Part shown: positions 55,240-64,000 of the stretch, piece after piece
Position numbering within the stretch: the stretch's first letter is position 1
Layout of the letters: each line of letters begins with the position of its first letter
Assembly: GCF_006345805.1 (NCBI RefSeq)
Contig: NC_043012.1
Span: 18,414,001-18,478,000 of the forward strand
Source: Octopus sinensis
Lineage: Eukaryota
Length of the DNA: 64,000 nt
Direction: 5' to 3'
The notes under the pieces: generated by a model
Told to the model about the DNA's origin: nothing
Databases searched by the model: none
The model's input: the letters and a program-made list of their open reading frames with translations, nothing else
Position numbers and translations under genes: made by a program

Positions 55240-57256
55240 AAAATCACAAAACAGGCGTACTATGTATGGCGGACAATAATCCCGAAACAAGACAGCAAAT
55301 GAAAAGAATAGCATTATCAAACGAAAGAAGATATATTTTCCCCACCAACTAAATAGATAAATATAAAGAATAGAATGAAAAATAGAAATAAAGTAAAAGT
55401 GAAAAAAAGAAACTTTGGATGAAGATAAAATATAAGAGAGATCCTGAAGGACAATAAACATCTTTTCACAGACTACGTTACAACAGAACATAACTGCAAT
55501 AACAGAATACGTGAAACTATAAAAAGAAATAAAGAACAGCAGCGAATCTGTAATAACAAGAAAAGCACTTTAGTACTCAAAGAAGCTAGGGAATGTAATA
55601 AACTAGAAAGTGTGATGCATAAAAAACAAAACAAAATAGGGAAATTTGAAGTAACGTTTATATTAAACGAAAACGAACCTCACTGTAGCATGATAGAATT
55701 GAAGACGAAAAATACAATCTTTTTGAAAGAAGTTCACAATACGTTAGTAGTAATTGAAAGTCAAATAAGTGAGTAAGATATAACAGATGAAAATAAACTA
55801 ATGTACGCCATAACCTGTTGCTTTTTTAAAATAGAATTGTCGTTGAAATAACAGAAACTTGTGAAGTGACAGAAGGGAAAAAAAGATATACTTCCAAACC
55901 ATGCATGCAATAACAGATTCAGAGACAAGGCAAAGCCGAAAAAAAAGGAACAAATTGACAATAATAAGTGTCGAAATAATATGTTGAAGATGGACTCGGA
56001 AAGAAAAATCAATGGCATACACAAGAATTAATAACTGCTGATGAATACGAGTTGATGATGGTGGTAATGATGATGATGACGAAGTTGATGATGATAATGA
56101 TGGCAATGAGGATGATAGACATAATGGGACACAAACGATGCTTATCAAGTGGTTAACATATTAAACAAATATGTAGAAATTTAGGGAAAGAATAGAAGTT
56201 AGGACACATAAAATTTTCTATAAATATAAATGGAGTATTACAATGAGAATTCAACTGGACTTCTGTACCGAGTACACTAATACAGAGGCAATAATGAAAG
56301 AACAACACTCTTGAGAGAGATGAGCTATAACTATATAGCAGTATATAAAATCAGGTTATTCGCAGTCGAATATGGTTTTAAAAGCAAATATTAAGAACAT
56401 CGGGATAAGTCATTTATGGTTTCCTCAAAGCATTCATATAATATCAACAAGTCCTTACCAATCCCAATATAAAGCAAACTGCAGTAAAAAAAAATAGGCC
56501 CTGGAGAAACATAAAATATCCATCCATAATATTGTTATGTTATTTTATTCGATAAGTGTTATAGAAATACAAACATTTAATTGATCAAACGATAATCATT
56601 AAAGATACTAAAAACGCTACAAGTAATATTGCTGTTGATGCGAAAAGGAATACCAAAATAGACGGAAAGAACTGTTTACGAAAATGGCATAGTATGAAAT
56701 ATACAAAATACTAGAAAAAACCCTTCAGTTATTGTACCAAATTTACAGTTTTCAATCAAATAGCTTATAAATTAATATATACTGTTTTCAGGTGTTTTCA
56801 ATTTTACTAAACGATTCTCCAAAAGTAGGGCAATCGAGTATAAAGCACCAAGCAGTTCTCCTAACACACAAATCGCAAACTTCAAGCAGAATATTTAATT
56901 AATTTTCCCTCTTTAACTTATAGCCAACTCTAATGAATATATTTATGTTATCGTGAGAATCTATCTAAGGAATTTCATCAATAGATGTTACACGACATAT
57001 GTGTTCACAATAAGAGACGAAGGTGAAAATATCTCTTTCAAATATAAACTTTCTTCACAATTTGTATGGGCGATTGTATCGCCAAGTATATAAGAACTGT
57101 CTTTTAAGGAAAAGATCTATCATGCCATTGAACAGTAAATAAAATATCTAGCAAAGAATAAGATAATTAACAGGGAAATGTAACAGAAAATGAGAGGTGA
57201 AGATGTGTTAATGAGATAAGAATTCAGTTATTGCGGATATTGAATTAGTACAATAC
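55240..57256 (+). mobile_element. Putative 5' half of a very old R4/Dong-like element (N-terminus and RT)
   Basis: A-rich strand with a stop-free frame at 55429-55773 that continues with few stops to 56030. Weak ordered motifs: VWR..NPETR...LSNERRYI (about 55264-55335), IAYKLI (56760), MGDCIA (57066, QGDSLS-like). Confidence 0.45.
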
Positions 57257-57276
57257 CAGCAGCAACGACAATGACG

Positions 57277-57340
<64 letters not shown>

Positions 57341-57357
57341 TAATAATAATAATAATA
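57257..57357. repeat. (AAT)n array
   Basis: Directly visible. Confidence 0.97.
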
Positions 57358-57360
57358 AAT

Positions 57361-57890
57361 CGATAAGTGTAGAATTTGTGGACAAAATGGTGAAATTGTA
57401 TGGCATGTTACCAGCCAAGGTACACCACAAGCCCAGAAGGAATATAAGAGACGCCACGACAATATAGCAAGGCGTGTCCATTACAGTATTTGCAATAAAT
57501 ATGCCCTTAACAGAGCAAAAAATTTGCACGACCTCAAACCCGAAGGCATCATCGAAAATGATAATGCTAAGATCCTGTGGGATTTTATGATTCAGTGCGA
57601 CCATGAGTTAGAGAATAGGAAGCCATACATATACTTAATTGTGAAAGAAAGCAAACTATGCTGGATCATAGATATAGCATGCTCAGCCGACAACAAGGTA
57701 TGAGATAAGGAACAAAGAAAAGTCGATATATACGACAGGTTAGATTGGGGTGTTAAGCAGTTGTGGTCGATGAAAAAGTTGGTAGTAGTACCAATACTTG
57801 TCAGATCCCTGGAAATAGTGAGTAGAAATGTTCAGAAGTACATGGAACAAATAGGGGTTGTAATAAGGGTGGAGCTGTTCGAATTCTCCG
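57361..57890 (+). mobile_element. R4/Dong-like RLE domain fragment B
   Basis: Frame from 57362 reads DKCRICGQNGEIVWHV...AQKEYKRRHDNIA...KILWDFMIQCDHELENRKP...WIIDIAC. One stop at 57701. Lacks a 3' UTR. Confidence 0.9.
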
Positions 57891-58888
57891 TTTTCAGTAT
57901 TTAAGGAAGTTGACAAATACAAAAAAAGAAGTCATACTACATGACAACTATGGAGAAAAAGGAGAAACAACAAAAGTTGTAAAACAAATGAAATCCAAAC
58001 TAAAACTAAAACAGCAAAAGATCATGATAAAACGATGGCAAGTAAAGCCCCTTGATAGCAAATACTAGGTTAAACTAATCTCAAACGAAATAGACACAGT
58101 AAAATCCCAACAATGGCTGAGAATCTCAAGACTCAAAGCAGAGACTGAGGGATTTTTAATTGCAGCACAAGACCAAAGCCTCCCCATCAGCAATTAGCAA
58201 AATCATATAATGAGAAGAAACATAAGTAACTGCAGACTATGTGGAGATAGACAAGAAATAAAAAAATCATATCATGTCTGGCTGCCCAGTCCTGGCTAAG
58301 AAGGAATATATTCACAGACACAACAGAGTTGGGACCTACATACATGGAAGCTATTGCAACACTATGGAATAACAACAGAAAAAAGATGGTATGGGAATAC
58401 GCATGAGAAGGTCACAGAAAACGAGAAAGCAACGAGATTATGGGATATGCCAATACACACATGTAGAGAAATTAAGGCCAATAGGCCAGATATAGTTGTC
58501 AGATATCATGAAAAAATAAAATGCTTTCTAATTGATGTATCAATACAAGAGATGATAACGTTTCTCTAAAAGAGATAAAGAACTTTCCAAATACAAAATC
58601 CTGGAAATAGAGGTGACTCGAATGTGGAATCTAAAAACAGAAACAATTCCTATCAAAGTAGGCGCATTAGGTATGATAAAGAATTATTCAGACAAATACA
58701 TAACAAAAACACCAGGACTAACAATTATATATAACATACAGAAAATAATACTATTAGGCACCACACACATTCTACGTATAACGCTTTCAAATCAGTAACT
58801 ATAAGAGCTTGGTAACAAACTATAGCACATATCCAAAGCACACAGAGCTTCGCTCGGTAGTGCAGTGTAAGCCTGTGATAAAAGACCT

Positions 58889-58891
<3 letters not shown>
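57891..58891 (+). mobile_element. R4/Dong-like fragment C (RLE domain and 3' UTR)
   Basis: QWLRISRLKAETEGFLIAAQDQSL; CRLCG..IMSGCPVLAKKEYIHRHN; LWDMPIHTCREIKANRPDIVV..CFLIDVS; IPIKVGALG. ORF stop at about 58798, then UTR and tail. Confidence 0.93.
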
Positions 58892-58961
<70 letters not shown>

Positions 58962-59012
58962 ATAATAATAATAATAACAACAACAACAACAACAACAATA
59001 ACAGCAATAATA
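58892..59012. repeat. (AAT)n/(AAC)n tail array
   Basis: Directly visible, immediately after fragment C. Confidence 0.95.
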
Positions 59013-60250
59013 ATATACAGTACATCCTGGATGTCAGAGGAGATATATGTGCGAATAATACGAAATATTTGAGGATAATTATCATTAAAATGGGATAATA
59101 TATGCTGCAATTTTATCAAAAGTACAAGTCGTATATGGGAATCGATATCAATAATGCGTTTAGTTTTATTCAATATGACGAAATGATGAAACCCTTGAAG
59201 AATTGCAACAGATATACCTTCATTTAGAAAACGCATAGCAGAGACATAGCAGTTATTTCGATCGCCGGCATCATAACTACAGGCTTTAAAGTAACAGGCA
59301 TACCTAAGTGATATGCCAAGGAACAGTATTCCTGCCTATGATTTCTGACTAAGTTTATTTATGATTATGCATAACTGTATCCTTTTGGGTGGCAAACCAG
59401 CATGTAGTTAATTATCGTGATCTTGGAAAGAAAAGAGAAGAAACCAAAACAAGAGAAGGCTAATGTCAAGCATGTAAGGAAAATATAATGATTTTGAAAT
59501 ATGAAGATGATGAAAATTTAGCGAAAGCTTTAGACAGATTGACTAGATAATATTTGATTATATCAGAACTCCAAAGATGAAACTGGAAAATTTTAGGATT
59601 CGAGAAATAATTGAGCACGACAGAATGTAAAATTGCGTGTGCTTACGCTTTCATAACTAAATTGAAATGAATATTTGAAAACGTAAAAAAAAACAGTTAA
59701 AATATTAAAGTGTTCTCCAAAAGCATGAACAATATTCTCTCATCACATTTTGAAGAAACAGATAGAAAGTATGGCTGTATATCATTAGATTGCAACGAGA
59801 CAAACTTAAATAAAATAGCTCGTATTGCGATGTCAGACTATTGTCGATATAATATGGAGGCGCAAAATTATTGAGAACTTGCTCTCTATATACGTAGTAG
59901 CCGTCCAACTATAACTGCTTTGAGTAAAAAAGCACTGTAATACACATATCAATCTCCGCCTGCTTAGAAAATAACAATTTGAAAATAATATGGTAATTTA
60001 GCGTACAGACAGACACCCAAATAGCATATAATAAGCCTGACATAATTTTCAATGGCAGCATTGACAATAGCTTACTAATTTTCGACAAAACCAAATTACT
60101 ATATAATGTTGTGCAAAAGCGAGCTGAAAAACTTAGGCATCTCACCGACCAAACTATTGAATTGAAACCATTAGAGCTGTTAAGGAACGTGTATATAATC
60201 TCAACTCTAATGGTTCTACAAGTGTATAAATGAAACGTTTCTTTAAAACG
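59013..60250 (+). mobile_element. 3' half of a very old R4/Dong-like element
   Basis: Ordered degenerate motifs: KYKSYMGI (59120), IAVISIAGII (59246), ILERKE (59420), IAMSDYCRYN (59824), KIIW*FSVQTDTQIAYNKPDII (59982-60047). The order matches fragments C and D. Confidence 0.65.
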
Positions 60251-60454
60251 TCGAGAGTTTATTGCAAAATATAGATAGATATAAGTAGGTCACAGTATCT
60301 GTAAACACTGTCGGGTTTTCTGGTAGAGGAGTTTATAATTTGGATTGATTTGTTAAGCAGGAGTTTGAATGTGTACGATTGCCAGTATGGACTTTGTGCG
60401 AGTGTACCGAAAGGAAGCAAGTAATGTATAAATTGTTATCGTTTACCACTAGTC

Positions 60455-60600
60455 TCAGTCATAGAATTGTGGCCATGCTGGTGCACAGATTGACATGTTT
60501 ACTTAATCAAATTGAGCTTATTACTTATTCTTTGTAGTTCAGGATTTATACTACCCGTATCTTTAGTCTATGTTACAGAAGCGGAAAGGATAATAAAACA
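60455..60600 (-). mobile_element. Decayed 3' part of a family 1 SINE
   Basis: CAGTCAT..TGTGGCCATGCTGG...TACTTATTCTTTGTA, similar to 29810-29890. Confidence 0.45.
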
Positions 60601-60874
60601 GTAAATGTCAAGTTATAGTGTTTGGGAACAAGTACAAAGACACGGGCACACATTACTTCATACATAAGCACGTACATACATATATATACATACATATAAT
60701 CATAATTACATATATACATACACACATGCACGCACGTATATGTATGCATGTGTGTGGGTGTCTCTGTTTGTGTATGTGTGTCAGGGGACTCTTGATTAAA
60801 TGGTACGGAGCGCTCAGCGGGCATTTGAAATGTACAGGTTTTGATTCACTGTAGAAGCTTGCAGACCACGTTGT

Positions 60875-61020
60875 AAGGCGCTGAGCTGGTAGAATCGTTA
60901 GCACTACGGGCAAAGTGCCTAGCAGAATTTCGTTCGGCTTTATGTTCCGAGTTCAATTATCGCCGAGTACGCTCTTACTTTTCATCCTTTCTATGTCTAT
61001 AAAATAAGCACCAGTAGGGT
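60875..61020 (+). mobile_element. SINE family 2 copy
   Basis: AAGGCGCTGAGCTGGTAGAATCGTTAGCAC...GAGTTCAATT...TTTTCATCCTTTC...AATAAGCACCAGT. Confidence 0.8.
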
Positions 61021-61074
61021 AATGGGCGCTAAACTGCTGGTCTTATACCAAATTTTAAACCAATATTAATCCAT

Positions 61075-61225
61075 ATTATTTATATTTGATGGATATTTGT
61101 TCTCATCTTGTTTGTTGTTAACACAACGTTTCGGCTGATATACCCTCCAGCCTTCATCAGATATCTTGGGAAAATTTCAAAACTGGGTTTTCATTCTTAA
61201 GGTATTTCTGGAAGTCTTTTTTTTA
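61075..61225 (-). mobile_element. Penelope-like terminal fragment of a second family
   Basis: Carries a canonical minimal hammerhead. Helix II and flanks differ from the 34005-34200 family. Confidence 0.55.
61120..61165 (-). ncRNA. Minimal type I hammerhead ribozyme with canonical core
   Basis: Minus strand GATAT-CTGATGA-A-GGCTG GAGGGTATAT CAGCC-GAAAC-GTT-GTGTT: canonical core, 5-bp helix II, helix I weakened by G.U pairs. Predicted cleavage between 61125 and 61124. Confidence 0.8.
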
Positions 61226-61233
61226 TTACCCAC

Positions 61234-61325
61234 GGGCATATGGTGTAGTGGTTAAGAGCGCGAGCTACTAACCCCAAGATTCCTAGTTCGATTCCTGGCA
61301 GTGACATCAATAATGAAAATAATAA
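61234..61325 (+). mobile_element. Short tRNA-like SINE with AAT-rich tail
   Basis: A box TGGTGTAGTGG (61241-61251) and B box GTTCGATTCC (61286-61295). The acceptor stem does not pair. Confidence 0.7.
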
Positions 61326-61432
61326 TATATGCGTATATATAAACCCATATCTATCATTCAATTTATGAGAGATGTTTTCATTTTGGCTTCTCAGCTTAGA
61401 TTTCGAATCATGTAATTACCTTGCTCCTGCGC

Positions 61433-61620
61433 ATGCTGGTGAGTTGGCAGAAAACTTTAGCAAGCCGGGCGAAATACTTAGCTGTATTTCGTCTGTCGTT
61501 ACGTTCTGAGTTCAAATTATGTCGAGATCGACTTTGCCTTTCATCCTTTAGAGATCGATAAATTAACTGATAGTTGCTTACTGGGGTCGACGTAATCGAC
61601 TGGCCCCCCTCCCCCAAAAT
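61433..61620 (+). mobile_element. SINE family 2 copy with standard tail
   Basis: GAGTTGGCAGAAACTTTAGC...GAGTTCAAATT...TAATCGACTGGCCCCCCTCCCCCAAAAT. Confidence 0.88.
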
Positions 61621-62984
61621 ATACCAGTTGTATAATTTGTTTTAAGTACTGGGACAACATCATGAAGTGTAAATTAATGTGCACTCTCGCTTCTACGTGA
61701 TATCAACAAATCTGATGTCATCGATTAGCCACAAAAATATTGAGATCCATTGCCAATGTGCCGAAATAATATGCAAGACAGACGAAATACCTAAGTAAAC
61801 GGAAGCCTTAATAGTTTACGGATTTATGATTCTATTAATACAAATTTCTATCAGTCAAAACTTTTATATTTCGTATTCAACAGTTGCTCTCTTGATTTCA
61901 CTATATTCAGATTAATGTCGATAAAAGCCGTTACAGACTTCAGTCGAAACATTCAATTTCTTTTACTGAATTCTATTTCTCTAAAAATATTATTTAGCTC
62001 GTGTAAAAACTTTCTGCTGTAATCTGATGAATGTTTTTTCCATATTCTTTTTGGCTACGTCTTTTCCTGTGTAATGGTATTTTGGTTCTATGAAGAGCAT
62101 AACGAAAATTTCCTTTCACATGCAGACGAAAAAAGTAAGAAAAAATACTGCTAACACATTTTGTTGTTAATTTTTTTCAGTAGTAGATGTATGAATTTTT
62201 ACATATAAGATGTGCCTCGAGATTTTGAAAATGAAATGAGCCATTCATTTGTAATGAAAAAGTCAAAAGTAAATATATAAATTATAGTCTACACAATTTG
62301 AAATACTGATTAACACTTTAGGTACGTCAACGGTTATATTTGAAGTATCGAATGTGTTATTTATTTTTTCTTCAGTTCGTTAATTTTACTTTAGATCATA
62401 CCTTCATTGGTAATGTCTCCTGAGTTACGAAACACATATTTAACTATCTAACTAGTAAATTATAGAAACACCTATTAATGACGTTATTTCTGAATAGATA
62501 CATGATGGCAAATCTTGCGCAGTAGCATTAAGAATATTTTAGATTGGTTATTTGAAGATGCAAGTTTATTTGACTAGTTTCAAATTGTGTTTCCAGACAT
62601 TCTTTGTATAAATAGAATAGTGTATACTTTTTGTCAACATAGAAATCAAAACAAGAACATCTAAGTAAATACAATGCTTCTGTATCTGGAATCAGTTTAT
62701 AAATAAATAACCAATCTGTCAAACACTGCTGTACAAACCTACGTCTATATATGCTATGGCGCTAGAACTGGGAAAAAGAAAGAAAAAATGCAGTGTATTA
62801 GTTGATTCAAATATCTTACAAAATATTGTACAATGGCGGAGAATTTGCAGAATTGTTAGGCTACCTTTAGCTATTCAAATATAACCACCATGTTCCACGT
62901 TCAAATCGCACCAGCGTCAATTTTAGCATTGTTAATTTCTTGTCCAGTAAATCCCTACTTTCTTTCTGAATCCAGTTTCATCTC

Positions 62985-63760
62985 ACTCAACCTTGAACCT
63001 TCTAAATAAATACATGAGCTGGAATCATAATCTGGCAAAAAACGAAATGATGTGTATGGATAGACACACACGGAAACCGTTGTCATTACACGGAGCATTT
63101 CAAGCCAGCGACGAGACTGATCGATTGTACTTCTCCATAAGTTGTGTAAGTCGATGGGTGGGTGTTCAATCAGTTGTGAGGACTATGTTGAATCAAAGGA
63201 CAAGAGTTTATGGTGGTATGTAAAAAACGCCGTGGAACAATTGATGATGCATGTGAAGTAATCGGACACCATCAAAACTAAAAACTATGTTAAGAAATAA
63301 GTTTGAAGAGGAAAAAACACGAAATAAAATGTACGCCCAGTTAGAAAGAAATACGACCGCAAAGACAGAAACAGCAGCCCGATGGTTATGGATGCGGATA
63401 CAAGGCGGCGAGCTGGCAGAATCGTTAGCGCGCCGGGCGAAATGCTAAGCGCCGAGGTCGGCTTTGCCTTTCATCCTTTCGGGGTCGATAAATTAAGCAC
63501 CAGTTACGCACTGGGGTCGATGTAATCGACTTAATACCTATGTCTCTCCTTGTTCGTCCCCTCTATGTTTAGCACCTTGTAGGTAATAAAGAAATAAGTT
63601 ATGGATGCGGAAGATGAATTGACGATAGAAAAAGAAGCACTTACATGCGCGATACAAGAATAAGTTTTGATGATAAACTATTTGAGGTGCAGATTTAATA
63701 AAACAAGAGCGACAAATGCAGAATGTGTGGGGAGAGGGGTAAAACAGTGCGGTACACACA
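62985..63760 (+). mobile_element. R4/Dong-like fragment F, interrupted by a SINE
   Basis: MDRHTRKPLSLHGAFQASDETDRLY; ISCEDYV..SLWWYVKNA; WLWMR[SINE]K...EKEALTCAIQE; DKCRMCGE. Confidence 0.82.
63399..63597 (+). mobile_element. SINE family 2 variant with Tx1-like tail and 14-bp TSD
   Basis: Flanked by GTTATGGATGCGGA at 63385-63398 and 63598-63611. Ends AATAAAGAAATAA. The B-box segment is deleted at about 63450. Confidence 0.93.
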
Positions 63761-63905
63761 GTGCTAAACTGGTACTTAATTTATCGAGCCCGAGAGGATA
63801 CAAGACAAAATCGATCCCGGCATAGTTTGTATTCAGAACGTAAAGACGGACGAAATACCGACAAGCATTTTGTCCGGCGTGCTGCCAATTCTGTTAGTTC
63901 GTCAT
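63760..63905 (-). mobile_element. Decayed SINE family 2 copy
   Basis: Plus strand CTGGTACTTAATTTATCGA...CAGAACGTAA...GACGAAATACC...CCGGCGTGCT is the reverse complement of the family 2 body. Confidence 0.8.
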
Positions 63906-64000
63906 ATTAACAACAACAATATAGTCTACACATGGGGCAACCTCTCGTCTGATGATAAAGTTTTGGCACAAGTCCAGCAATTTGGGATGAGCGGGCGTCC

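Noticed and set aside
286-60913. Many ORFs rich in YI, CV, HT, RE, LS or poly-L/Y/V
   Set aside because: They are translations of stop-free microsatellites, with no domain content.
61234-61310. Possible tRNA gene with a CT-ACT-AA anticodon loop
   Set aside because: The acceptor stem does not pair, the T-stem has mismatches and an AAT-rich tail follows. Better explained as a SINE.

Overview
AT-rich, microsatellite-dense eukaryotic DNA that is probably intronic or intergenic. The SINE types and repeat load resemble an octopus (coleoid cephalopod) genome; this is recognition from memory, not a database result. I find no intact host protein-coding gene, rRNA, functional tRNA or CRISPR array. Most ORFs in the supplied track are microsatellite read-through artefacts. 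The interpretable content is transposon debris: six remnants of RLE-type (R4/Dong-like) LINEs, all on the + strand and mostly nested at (AAT/AAC)n arrays; one Tx1/L1-like LINE; one CR1/L2-group LINE; RTE fragments; two Helitron helicase remnants with related non-autonomous copies; at least three tRNA-derived SINE families; and Penelope-like terminal fragments. The most interesting signals are: (1) five minimal type I hammerhead ribozyme motifs with co-varying helices, one with a canonical core (61120-61165, - strand) and a subfamily sharing a non-canonical A6U core; (2) a SINE whose 3' tail matches the end of the local Tx1-like LINE (31/39 nt) and which is bounded by a 14-bp target-site duplication; (3) an apparently near full-length, very old R4/Dong element split by younger relatives at an AAT array; (4) a perfect 75-bp inverted repeat and other fold-backs. 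All protein family calls come from manual translation and motif recall. Boundaries are approximate.
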